DNA of 64,000 nucleotides, from assembly GCA_965116415.1 (NCBI GenBank), contig OZ220693.1, forward strand, positions 2,220,753 through 2,284,752, read 5' to 3'. The notes below the pieces were generated by a model. That model was not told where the DNA came from. It saw only the letters and a list, made by a program, of their open reading frames with translations, and did not search any database. The translations under genes and the position numbers were made by a program. Shown piece after piece: positions 27,441 through 36,501 of this stretch (its first letter is position 1; each line of letters starts with the position of its first letter). This DNA comes from Dehalococcoidia bacterium (GTDB taxonomy: Bacteria; Chloroflexota; Dehalococcoidia; Lucifugimonadales; UBA1123).

Positions 27441-28895
27441 ATGGTTGGAGAACCCATCACAGTGATCGAGTTACAGAAGTCCGTCCCACTTAAGCTCCGT
27501 GAGCCAACGGTCGATTCCACGGACCCCTGGGCGGACGATCTCCTCACTCGACGGGACATTGCGGTACGGCTGACAAACCTGATTGCAGTTCAGGAGCCTC
27601 CCCTGACCGTCAGCATCCACGGACAATGGGGAACAGGCAAGACCTTCATGCTCACACGATGGCAGAAGGAACTAGAGAATCTAAACTTCAGGGCAGTCTA
27701 CTTCAATGCGTGGGAGGATGACTTTTGTGATGACCCACTACTCGCGATACTTGGGCAGATGTCTGAGTACTTCAAGGAAGATGATCTCAAGGCTTTAGCT
27801 CACCGCGTTATTCAGACTGCGATCCCACTAATACAAAAAAATGTGCTGGGTGTCCTATCAAAGACTACAGGGCTAACATTAAAACTTGAGGAAAGTCGGG
27901 AGGCTGAGCGAGATCTCTTCAGCGAGTATCTTGACCAAAGAGCAACAAAGGATTCACTGAGAGAGAGCCTAGAGGCAATGTCGGCAGCAGTGTTTCAGGA
28001 GACCGAACACCCCCTGGTCTTCATAATCGACGAGCTTGACAGGTGCCGTCCCACATTTGCTATCGAGCTTCTCGAGAGGGTAAAGCACATATTTGACGTC
28101 CCACACATTGTTTTTGTGCTTGGCCTCAACCGAGATGAGCTTGCCAAGTCATTGTCGTCAGTTTATGGAGACATCAACGCAGACGTTTATCTCAGACGCT
28201 TCTTTGATTTTGAATTCAACCTTCCAGAGGCTGACTCAAGAGCATTTGCCGCCCACCAAATAGCAAGACTCAATCTTCAGAGCGTCTTCCTAGGACTTTC
28301 CGAAGCTGCCAACAACGCAGTCCATGTACACGACTACGACAACTACCACATAGTCATCCCCGGCCTCTGGAGCGCCTTGGGCCTCTCCCTTAGAGACATT
28401 GACTACGGCATACGTCTGCTTGCCCTCCTTGCTCGGAATGTAAAGGTGGGCACCTTCACTCACCCATTCCTACTTGCCATCCTCATTGCGATGAAGTTCA
28501 AGAATCCAGATATCTATCACTCGCTGGTGACAGGAAACTTCCGAACTAGAGAGGTCATGGGTTATATCGAAGAACAATTGAGACGAGACTTGATTGATAG
28601 GGACCTGTCTGCCCACTTGGACAGGAGTGAAGGCTTCCTCTATTGCGCCGACAGTGCCAATGCCGCATCCCAGATGGTCGGTGAGACCGCCCTTGCTGAA
28701 TTAGAGGGAGTATTGGAGAGGTCTCCTAGCATGGACTTTTTGGTGATTTCTCAAAGAGCGCAGGATGCTGATCGACATCAGTTAGACAGAATCAGACAAG
28801 CGATCCTCGACGGATCCAATTTGAGCATAAGTCGGAGGGTGCTAGGCAACCTAGCTACTCTTATCGACACATATCAGACACAATTGAGACGTTAG
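27441..28895 (+). CDS. KAP-family P-loop NTPase
   Basis: 484 aa. Walker A is HGQWGTGKTFM, and Walker B with the KAP-typical Arg/Cys is FIIDELDRCRP. The gene is visibly more A+T-rich than its flanks. Confidence 0.8.
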   Translation: MVGEPITVIELQKSVPLKLREPTVDSTDPWADDLLTRRDIAVRLTNLIAVQEPPLTVSIHGQWGTGKTFMLTRWQKELENLNFRAVYFNAWEDDFCDDPLLAILGQMSEYFKEDDLKALAHRVIQTAIPLIQKNVLGVLSKTTGLTLKLEESREAERDLFSEYLDQRATKDSLRESLEAMSAAVFQETEHPLVFIIDELDRCRPTFAIELLERVKHIFDVPHIVFVLGLNRDELAKSLSSVYGDINADVYLRRFFDFEFNLPEADSRAFAAHQIARLNLQSVFLGLSEAANNAVHVHDYDNYHIVIPGLWSALGLSLRDIDYGIRLLALLARNVKVGTFTHPFLLAILIAMKFKNPDIYHSLVTGNFRTREVMGYIEEQLRRDLIDRDLSAHLDRSEGFLYCADSANAASQMVGETALAELEGVLERSPSMDFLVISQRAQDADRHQLDRIRQAILDGSNLSISRRVLGNLATLIDTYQTQLRR

Positions 28896-28965
28896 CCAAC
28901 GCCTTGACGGCCGTGAACCGCACACATCACGCGAACCATCTGGCAACGCAACGCGAGGTGATGAC

Positions 28966-29208
28966 ATGACAGACTGGAACACGTGTCCGGAGGTGGAGAG
29001 TGTGCCAGACAAGGTCAGTGGCACCTGGGTGTTCACTGGCACTCGCTTGCCTGTGTATGCCCTCTTCGAAAACCTTGCAGAGGGTGCGTCGATACACGAC
29101 TTCGTTGATTGGTTCGACTCGGCAGACGAGGAGCAGGTGAGGGCGGTGCTGTTGCACGTGGCACAGGACCTTCGGTCCTCGGTCGCCCATGTGCATCCTC
29201 TTCGATAG
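28966..29208 (+). CDS. DUF433-family small protein (antitoxin-like)
   Basis: 80 aa. ...KVSGTWVFTGTRLPVYALFENLAEGASIHDFVDWF matches the DUF433 pattern from memory (G.P.i.GTRipv..il..l..G.s). Confidence 0.65.
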   Translation: MTDWNTCPEVESVPDKVSGTWVFTGTRLPVYALFENLAEGASIHDFVDWFDSADEEQVRAVLLHVAQDLRSSVAHVHPLR

Positions 29209-29286
29209 CGTCCTCCATCGGCCAGAGCCTGACACCGCCTGTAACGCACTTCCTCGGGTAGCCTAACGCGATACCCCACTCCCCTA

Positions 29287-29315
29287 GTGGATTCCCGGTT
29301 TCGCGGGAATGACGG
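29287..29315 (+). repeat. Family-B hairpin element
   Basis: gtggattcccggtttcgcgggaatgacgg. Confidence 0.85.
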
Positions 29316-29395
29316 CGAGCCCGGCGAGGTGCGCGAAGTCCCGATTTAGCTACGTCGGTGCATCGGGGCGGCGTGTTCTTGTATCATCAAGTGTT

Positions 29396-30802
29396 ATGGG
29401 AACCGTTGCCATATGCCCTGCATGCGGGCAGTCTAACGAACTCGACTCCTCGTACTGCCTCCACTGTCGGGTGGGACTCGCTCGCGCTGAGCACGTAAGT
29501 CCAGAGGAAGCCGAAAAGCGCGCTCGCCGGCGGAGGCTCAGGTTGCTGCTCCGGCGCGGGCTCCGGTGGGGCCTGATCGCAGCGGTCGCGCTGGCAGTCG
29601 GCTTCTGGGTGTTCTGGAGCCTGGGCCCCAGCCGCAACCCGCCGGCGCCGAGCTCTGACGTCACCTCTGCTCCAATGAGCGAGGCCGACTGGCCTATGAT
29701 CGGACGAGACCCGTCTCATACCGGGTTGAACTCGTGGCCGGGCGGTGTGCCCGAGGGCAGGATCGTCTGGCAGCTGGAGACCGACGGGCCATTCGAGTCG
29801 TCTCCGGCAGTAGTCGACGGAACGGTCTACGTGAGCACCGGGGACAAGCGGGTCGTGGCCCTGAACGCCGAGTCGGGCGAAGTGGTCTGGGAGACCGACG
29901 TGGGCGGCCCTGTCGCATCCTCTCCTGCCGTGGCGGGAGATCTACTTTACATCGGACTCCGAGACAACCGGGTCATCGCGCTGTCGACAGCAGACGGGGA
30001 GCTAGTGTGGGAGCATCTGACTCGCGGCTACATCGTGGCCTCGCCGACCGTGAGAGAGGGCATCGTCTATATTGGGTCCAGCGACGAGAGGCTGTACGCA
30101 CTCGACGCGCAGACGGGCGAGGAGTTCTGGAGCTTCAAGGCAGATGGCAGGCTCCAAGCCGGGCCTGCGGTCTCTGACGAGGTCATTGGCATCGTCTCCC
30201 AGGGCCGAGCTGTCCAGATACTGGACGCACTCACCGGGAGGCTGCGGCTCGACTTCAACATCGCGGGAGAGTCGATAGCTCCGCCTGCGCTCGACGATGA
30301 TCTGCTCTACGCTGCCGACAGTCGTGGGGCCATCGTAGGCGTCGACTGGAGGAAGGAGCAATTGCCCCTCGAGAAGCTGGCGCGCTGGGTCCGCACGCAG
30401 CTGTATGTATGGCAGTTCGTCGGCACGCTTCCCCCGCCGAAGGGATACGTGTGGAACTTCCGCGCGCGCCGCCTGAGATTCCAGTCCGCGCCAGCGCTTG
30501 GTCATGGACACCTCTTCGCAGTATCTGACACGGGATTTCTGTTTGCCCTGGACCGCTCCGACGGTACCCTCGCGTGGCGGTCTCAGCTGGACAGCGGGGT
30601 GATCGGCAGCCCATCGGTAGCGGGCGAGACCGTTTACGTGGGCGACAAGGGTGGGGTCCTGTACGGTTTCGACGCGCTCACGGGCGAGGAGCGCTGGCGG
30701 TTCACTGTGGACGCCGGGGACGAGATCGTATCGACACCCGTGATCGCAGGCGGCACGATCTTCGTGACCACCGAGGACGGGGTACTGTACGCGATCCGAT
30801 AG
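29396..30802 (+). CDS. Zinc-ribbon / TM / PQQ-like beta-propeller repeat protein (intact paralogue of 8937..10360)
   Basis: Start taken at ATG 29396 (MGTVAICPACGQSNELDSSYCLHCRV). It has an Arg-rich stretch, a TM segment and repeated ...SSPAV.DG.VYVG..D..(V/L)YAL(D/N)A.(T/S)GE..W motifs. Confidence 0.85.
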   Translation: MGTVAICPACGQSNELDSSYCLHCRVGLARAEHVSPEEAEKRARRRRLRLLLRRGLRWGLIAAVALAVGFWVFWSLGPSRNPPAPSSDVTSAPMSEADWPMIGRDPSHTGLNSWPGGVPEGRIVWQLETDGPFESSPAVVDGTVYVSTGDKRVVALNAESGEVVWETDVGGPVASSPAVAGDLLYIGLRDNRVIALSTADGELVWEHLTRGYIVASPTVREGIVYIGSSDERLYALDAQTGEEFWSFKADGRLQAGPAVSDEVIGIVSQGRAVQILDALTGRLRLDFNIAGESIAPPALDDDLLYAADSRGAIVGVDWRKEQLPLEKLARWVRTQLYVWQFVGTLPPPKGYVWNFRARRLRFQSAPALGHGHLFAVSDTGFLFALDRSDGTLAWRSQLDSGVIGSPSVAGETVYVGDKGGVLYGFDALTGEERWRFTVDAGDEIVSTPVIAGGTIFVTTEDGVLYAIR

Positions 30803-30805
30803 GGG

Positions 30806-32119
30806 TCAGTCGTCCAGATCCGGCGTGTCTCCGGTGATGCCCCGGCCGACCATGCCATCGACCTCATCGACCGACCGGCACAGGTATTCGCGGAGCACCT
30901 CGACGCTGTGCTGTCCGAGCTTCGGTGACGGCCCTTCCAGCCTGCCGGGAGTGCGCGACAGCTTCCAGGCAACGCCCGCGTACTTCTGCGTTCCGGTCTC
31001 CGGGTGGTCTAACGACTCTATGAAGCCGCGCTCGCGAAGCTGCGGGTTGTCGGCCAGCTCGTTCGCCTTGAGGACAGGCGCGCAGGGAATCCCCTCGGCC
31101 TGTAGAAGCTCCGTGACCTCGTAGGCGTCCCTGTCGCGAGTCCACCCGGAGATGATTGCGTCGAGCTCATCGACGTGTTCCAGCCTGGCGCTCAGGTCTC
31201 TGAAGCGGTCGTTTTGTGCGAGATCGGGAGCATCCATCACGGCGCACAGGCGCGCCCACTCGTCGTCGGACCGGACCGAGATTGCTACCCAGGAGTCGTC
31301 GCCTGCGCAGCGGTAGTTGTTGTGAGGGGCCATTCGGTCGCTGCGGTTGCCGCGTCGCTCCAAACTCTTTTGCGAAAAGCCGTTCATCGAGAACTCCATG
31401 ACGCGGTCGGCTATCAGTCCGATGGACGTCTCCTGCTGGGAGAGGTCTATCTCCTGCCCCTGTCCGGTGCGGGCGCGATGGTGGAGCGCGATCATGATGG
31501 CGGAGGTCGCCATCATACCGGCGAACGGGTCGGTGTGCATGACGCCGGAGTTGATGGGCGGGCCTCCGGGGTATCCCAGGAGCGAGGTGATGCCGGACAT
31601 CGGCTCTATCGAGCCTCCGTTGCCCATGTAGGTTGCGTAGGGGCCGTCACAGCCGTAGGCGGGCATACGCAGCAGCACGATGGAGGGGTTCACCTCCCGC
31701 AGGGCGTGGTACTCAAGTCCCAGGTTGGGAAGTACTCTTGCAGAGAAGTTCTCTGCGAAGACGTCCGAGATGCTGACGAGTTCCATCAGCGCGTCCCTTG
31801 CCTCGGGGTAGTTGAGGTCGAGGGTGATGCCCTTCTTGCCGGTGTTGACCGAGTTGTAAGCGGCGTTGCGGTCGTAGGGCCGGTCTCCCGGAACCCGGTC
31901 GGGGTAGGTGCCTGACAGCCGTGGCGGGTAGCCGCCGCGCCAGGGGTCTATCCTGTTCAGCGCCTCGATCTGGATGACCTCGGCGCCCATGTCGGCGAGC
32001 AGGCGCGTGGCGTACGCGCCGGCCCACGCCTGTGTGAGGACAGTGGCGCGCAGGTGTGCGAGCGGAAGTCGGGTTTTCTGTAAGATGTCAGCCGGTCTCT
32101 CGTCGACTAGGAGCGTCAC
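30806..32119 (-). CDS. Family III CoA-transferase (CaiB/BaiF family)
   Basis: 437 aa. ...LAHLRATVLTQAWAGAYATRLLADMGAEVIQIE... is the typical N-terminal CoA_transf_3 motif. Confidence 0.85.
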   Translation of the reverse strand: MTLLVDERPADILQKTRLPLAHLRATVLTQAWAGAYATRLLADMGAEVIQIEALNRIDPWRGGYPPRLSGTYPDRVPGDRPYDRNAAYNSVNTGKKGITLDLNYPEARDALMELVSISDVFAENFSARVLPNLGLEYHALREVNPSIVLLRMPAYGCDGPYATYMGNGGSIEPMSGITSLLGYPGGPPINSGVMHTDPFAGMMATSAIMIALHHRARTGQGQEIDLSQQETSIGLIADRVMEFSMNGFSQKSLERRGNRSDRMAPHNNYRCAGDDSWVAISVRSDDEWARLCAVMDAPDLAQNDRFRDLSARLEHVDELDAIISGWTRDRDAYEVTELLQAEGIPCAPVLKANELADNPQLRERGFIESLDHPETGTQKYAGVAWKLSRTPGRLEGPSPKLGQHSVEVLREYLCRSVDEVDGMVGRGITGDTPDLDD

Positions 32120-32321
32120 AATCGCCAGGGAGTAGTTCTCTCAGATGTCGATTATACCTCACCGCCTGCCAGCGCTAACTCGCGCTTGAACGTTGGAGCC
32201 TGTGTCAATTCAGTCGGTCAAATGTATGTAGGAGCTTGCCCCGGCGAGTGGTTGCCCGTGTTGGTCAGCGTGCCCAGGGCGCCCACAAGGGACGCCCCTA
32301 CGGACCGACCACGTGGTTCGC

Positions 32322-33074
32322 CTAGTGGCGCAGGTAGGTGAGGGCCTGTCGTGCGGCCTCGGTGCCGGCCTCGTCTGAGGTCCGGCCCTTGCCTGTACCG
32401 AGCACTCTGCCATTGACCTCAACCACCACCGTGCAGGTACAGGATCCATCCGACTTCTCCAGCCTGACCTTTCGGTACCTGGGTGTCGTGAAGAAATGAA
32501 TTAACGCGAATCCGTGCAGACGGCTTCTGGGGCGAAAGTCGATGCTGCCGATGCTGTCGGGGTCGTCGAAGGCATCGCCCATGACACGGACAACAAAGTC
32601 TCGACACGTACTGTTTCCTCGGTCCAGATACAGCGCACCGGCAAGGGACTTCACAGCATCCGACAGACGCTGGGGTTCCAGGCCCTCGCCCCTCTCACGC
32701 ACCTCCACCAGCCATCTGCTGAGCCCAAATGTCCGTGCGATCTCAGCCAGGTACTCCTCTTCCATCAGCAAGTTGCCAAAGGTCACAGCACGTTGTGTCG
32801 ACCAGAGTGGGAATCTGCTTGTGATCTCCTGTCTGACCTCGGACAGCAGTGCCCTGTTACCGATGGGTACGAGGGCATTGTCTCGAAATCGGAGCTTCAC
32901 ACGCCCGGAGCCCTTGCGGCCTGCGGTGGTACCAAGCGCCAGACCCAGCAGGGAGAGGTCATGGAATCTGAGGTCCAGACAGGACGCAATGTCCCTGAGC
33001 TCAGTCTGTGTGTAGTAATCCGTCCAAAGGCGATGAGTGTTCTGGCGATCGTCTTTCGACAAGTCGGCGCACAT
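32322..33074 (-). CDS. RNase III-like protein with a C-terminal dsRNA-binding domain; catalytic acidic residues mostly substituted
   Basis: 250 aa and collinear by eye with E. coli Rnc. [15 protein letters not shown] aligns with [41 protein letters not shown] aligns with [42 protein letters not shown] aligns with ADTVEALIGGVFLDSD. The dsRBD is ...[32 protein letters not shown]. Confidence 0.7.
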   Translation of the reverse strand: [250 protein letters not shown]

Positions 33075-33289
33075 TCAAATTGTGCCTAGCAATTCAACAG
33101 TGGTGCTGTACCGAGCAAGACAGAGATGATGGATGTCCCTTCGGCCATGAGTGACTGCAAGCTGACACAAACGTGTCATATGAGTTAAATGTAGGCCGCG
33201 CTAACCTACGTTCTGATTACGGGACGTTACATCAATAGTCCTCTGAAGTCTGTACGCAGACTGGAATCGGACATATCCCACTACGAGAT

Positions 33290-34660
33290 GTGCGTGAATT
33301 GACGAAGCCCGAACGCGATGTGCAACGACTGAGATCGGCCCAAGTGGGCTTCACGATGAGGGCATACCGCGAGTCCTTCGTGTCGGAAGATGGTCATAGG
33401 GGGCTGACGCAGGAGGGACTGCTCCAACGCATGGCGTCCGTTGACAGCGAATACGGGGAGCGGTTCAGCCATGCCACGGTCTCCCGGTGGGAGTCTGGTT
33501 CGACCCGTCCGAACCTGCAACGGTTGCAGACATTCGGAAAGGCGCTCGGTCTATCGCCCACCGAGGTGGCAGGCCTGGTCCTGCTGGCAGGCCTCGCTCC
33601 TGATTTCCAAACAGCCTCAGACCTGTCCGTCGGTAGCGAAGGGTTGCGACCCGATGAACCGTCTCCGACGGTTGCCGAGGATGTAGAAACCCAGGACCAC
33701 GAGCTCATCCCGAGCCTGCTCTCAGCCGTACTCAGGTTCGTGTTTCTCAGGTGTCTGCCGCTAGGTATATTTATCGTCGCCAGCGGCTATGCTCTGTCAC
33801 ACTTCAGTTGGGATGATTCCTGGATACCCGCCGTGTACGTATGTATTGTCATAGCTCTGGTCACGGGGCAGGGGATCTTCGCTCCCGACAGGGACGCGGG
33901 ATTGAGGGAGTTCTTCTGGGTCTCAATGTTTCTACTACTGAGCACGCCTCTCTTGCAGTTCGCGCCGATACACATGGACCACTACGGTCTCTACAGGATC
34001 GGAGACTTTGCTGGCACTCATATGCCCTACATGCTGGCCCTACTGTTGAACCTGGCGCTTGCCGCGTCCGCCGGACTGATGTTTCACCGGCTTTGGGTGC
34101 GGCATAGCTCGCAGAGTAGCGTCGATGGCAGGGCCCTTCAGCGGGCAGTGTCGGTGGTACTCCCCCCCGTTGGATTGGTTTATGCCGTAGTTATCCTGCT
34201 TTCCAACGTGTCGGTCTGGATACAGTTTGCAGTGCTGATGCCAACGCTCGGGGGCATATTCTCGGGTCTGTTGATCCTGCGTGATCCTTCGATCAACCCC
34301 AGTGATTCTGACCGGCAGTTTCTTCTTCGGACCATTTCCACGGTCGCAATCGTCGCGTCGACCATGGGCCTAGTGGTTGTCGTATTGATCTACGTTTCGC
34401 CGGACCTACCGACGGTACTTCCCGACCACAATCTGTTGCGCTCCTGGGACCTCGATTTCGATGAGCTCGGATACACCGAGGAGGAGGCACTGGAACGCCT
34501 GAACATGGGGTACATGTGGCACGCGATGCTGGTCTTTGCCTACATGGGATTTGGCGTGGGCGGAAGTTTGCTCGTGGGGTTATACCGGCTGGGGAGTGTT
34601 AAGGCCGGAAGGTCGGACGTGGGATATTCGGCTGCAGAATACTCAACGTCGAAGGGATGA
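33290..34660 (+). CDS. Membrane-anchored XRE-type helix-turn-helix protein (N-terminal HTH plus about 8 TM segments)
   Basis: 456 aa. ...GLTQEGLLQRMASV....FSHATVSRWESGSTRPNLQRLQTFGKALGL is an XRE-type HTH, followed by a long polytopic hydrophobic region. The start is uncertain (GTG 33290 or a downstream Met). Confidence 0.7.
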   Translation: MRELTKPERDVQRLRSAQVGFTMRAYRESFVSEDGHRGLTQEGLLQRMASVDSEYGERFSHATVSRWESGSTRPNLQRLQTFGKALGLSPTEVAGLVLLAGLAPDFQTASDLSVGSEGLRPDEPSPTVAEDVETQDHELIPSLLSAVLRFVFLRCLPLGIFIVASGYALSHFSWDDSWIPAVYVCIVIALVTGQGIFAPDRDAGLREFFWVSMFLLLSTPLLQFAPIHMDHYGLYRIGDFAGTHMPYMLALLLNLALAASAGLMFHRLWVRHSSQSSVDGRALQRAVSVVLPPVGLVYAVVILLSNVSVWIQFAVLMPTLGGIFSGLLILRDPSINPSDSDRQFLLRTISTVAIVASTMGLVVVVLIYVSPDLPTVLPDHNLLRSWDLDFDELGYTEEEALERLNMGYMWHAMLVFAYMGFGVGGSLLVGLYRLGSVKAGRSDVGYSAAEYSTSKG

Positions 34661-34695
34661 TAACCCACCGGGGCGGGACGGGACGGCTCTGAATG

Positions 34696-36501
34696 TTAGA
34701 CCTCTACCTCGACGGTAATGACATCGATGTCATGGAATTTCTGATGACGGACTGACGAGGCGTAGTGTCGAAGCAGTCTGAATGAGACCTCGTGCTCATC
34801 AAGAAGCTCGGGCTGCTCACTCAGGTAGACCATTCTGTCCTCGAGATTCTCAACGTCGTAGGCAGCTGACAGGAACTCCAGCTCAAGGATGGAATCGTCG
34901 GCCTGGAGGTTGATTATGAGTCTTCGCTCCTTGCCTGAGGGGTCTTCACTTTCGTACAGCGCCATGATTGCGAGGGTCTCCTCCCCCACAGCACGGATGC
35001 GGTTCGTCATCTGCTCGTCCCAGTTCCGACCCTCCGAATATCGTTGCATGAAACGATCAACTTCCGGAAAAGAGGCCACGTCCAAGTCGACCTCAAGCTT
35101 CTGCCGACGTGCTGAAGTCAGTTCGACGAATCCAATCATGAGGGCGGCAGCCAGGCCGCCTGAGGTTACGCTGTTGCTAAGAATCGCCTCCCATGTCCCC
35201 GACAGGAGTTCGGCGAAGATGGCCTGGTTCTGAAACCCCATGCCCACCCAGAAGGATACGGCGACAACCACGGCCTTCCGAGGGTTCATTCCATCCTGGG
35301 AAACAGTCTGGACACCCTCGATGAACACGAGCCCCATTACAACGAGGATGTAGGCAGCGGCAACCGGCGCGGGAATCGCGAGCAGGACTGCGGTGAATTT
35401 CGGCATGAACGCCAGTAGCACGAAGATAATTCCGGCACATACTCCGACACTTCGGGACGCCACTCCCGTGAGGCTGATTATCGCGACACTCGGTGAGGCT
35501 GTCATGGTGGGTATCGTCCCCGCGAGACCGGAAATCAGATTGCTCAGGCCATTTACGTTAAGGCCTCCCTGGACCAGCCTGAAGTCACTTGCGAGCGGCT
35601 GGCGGCGGGAGACACGCTGCACGGCCCCAACGTCGGCGACTGCCTTGAAGGAAGTGATAATCGTGATAACTACGAATGCCGGGAGAAGCGCCCAGAACTT
35701 GAGGCTAGGGGTGAAGTCCAGTCCCGGCCACGCATTTTCAGGCAAGCCCAACCAGGCCGAGTCCTGGACAATGCCGAACTCGTACAGTCCGAACGGCACT
35801 CCAACGGCGCATCCGAACACGATTCCAATCATCGGAGCCCATACCTGCAATGCCCTCCGCACTCTCAGCAGCATTAGCGCAACTACTGCCAGTGTCACGA
35901 TGGCCGCCAGAGGCGCAGCTATAGTCGAGGAGTCGTCCGGGACATCCGTCAGAGTCCTGAAGACGGCAAGAATCACAGTAGCCGCGATGAGCATGAGCAC
36001 CGTGCCTGAAACGACGGGAGTAATGATCCGCCGCAGCAGCGAAAGTCGAAACGCCACGGCAAACTTCACAATCGATGAAAGGACGATCAGGCTCGACATC
36101 ATCGCCGGCCCGCCTTCCATCAGGGCGGTGATGCAGATGGCAATCGCGGGTTCCGCCGTTCCGATGACCAGAACATGGCCAGTGCCCACCCTGCCCAATC
36201 GAAGTGACTGGAATATAGTGGCGGCTCCACAAATCACCAGAGATGCGAAAACCGCCCACGTGAGGTAGCTTTCCGGCTGGCCGGCGCTGCGCACTACGAT
36301 CACCACCGGCACAACCACCAGCGCGATCATGACGACGGCAAGCTGAAAGCCAGTTATCGAGGCTGTCAGAAGGGGACAGGACTCTTCGGGTTCAAAGTGG
36401 ATATTGCTGTTTATGCTGCCTGCTGCCAAGTGAATTCCTGCAAGTAGAGTGCATATTACCAGATGATGACACGCCAGACATTCCCTGGCTCCGCGATTCA
36501 C
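34696..36501 (-). CDS. NCS2/SLC23-like (nucleobase-cation symporter-2 type) permease with a cytoplasmic C-terminal extension of about 150 aa
   Basis: ...LTGVASRSVGVCAGIIFVLLAFMPKFTAVLLAIPAPVAAAYILVVMGLVF matches the NCS2 core from memory. The first ~24 codons of the track ORF lie in a non-coding tandem repeat, so in-frame TTG at 36429 is a more plausible start. Confidence 0.65.
   Translation of the reverse strand: MNRGARECLACHHLVICTLLAGIHLAAGSINSNIHFEPEESCPLLTASITGFQLAVVMIALVVVPVVIVVRSAGQPESYLTWAVFASLVICGAATIFQSLRLGRVGTGHVLVIGTAEPAIAICITALMEGGPAMMSSLIVLSSIVKFAVAFRLSLLRRIITPVVSGTVLMLIAATVILAVFRTLTDVPDDSSTIAAPLAAIVTLAVVALMLLRVRRALQVWAPMIGIVFGCAVGVPFGLYEFGIVQDSAWLGLPENAWPGLDFTPSLKFWALLPAFVVITIITSFKAVADVGAVQRVSRRQPLASDFRLVQGGLNVNGLSNLISGLAGTIPTMTASPSVAIISLTGVASRSVGVCAGIIFVLLAFMPKFTAVLLAIPAPVAAAYILVVMGLVFIEGVQTVSQDGMNPRKAVVVAVSFWVGMGFQNQAIFAELLSGTWEAILSNSVTSGGLAAALMIGFVELTSARRQKLEVDLDVASFPEVDRFMQRYSEGRNWDEQMTNRIRAVGEETLAIMALYESEDPSGKERRLIINLQADDSILELEFLSAAYDVENLEDRMVYLSEQPELLDEHEVSFRLLRHYASSVRHQKFHDIDVITVEVEV

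Noticed and set aside
28851-29279. 142-aa minus-strand ORF downstream of the KAP NTPase
   Set aside because: It is antisense to the DUF433 gene, which has a recognisable family pattern. It has no features of its own.
26500-29320. Calling the A+T-richer islets (26.6-29.3, 37.4-39.3, 46.1-51.4 kb) mobile elements or prophage remnants
   Set aside because: There are no integrase, transposase, recombinase or phage structural genes. I could not identify flanking direct repeats or a tRNA target. The composition shift was judged by eye only. They are reported as accessory islets, not as annotated mobile elements.
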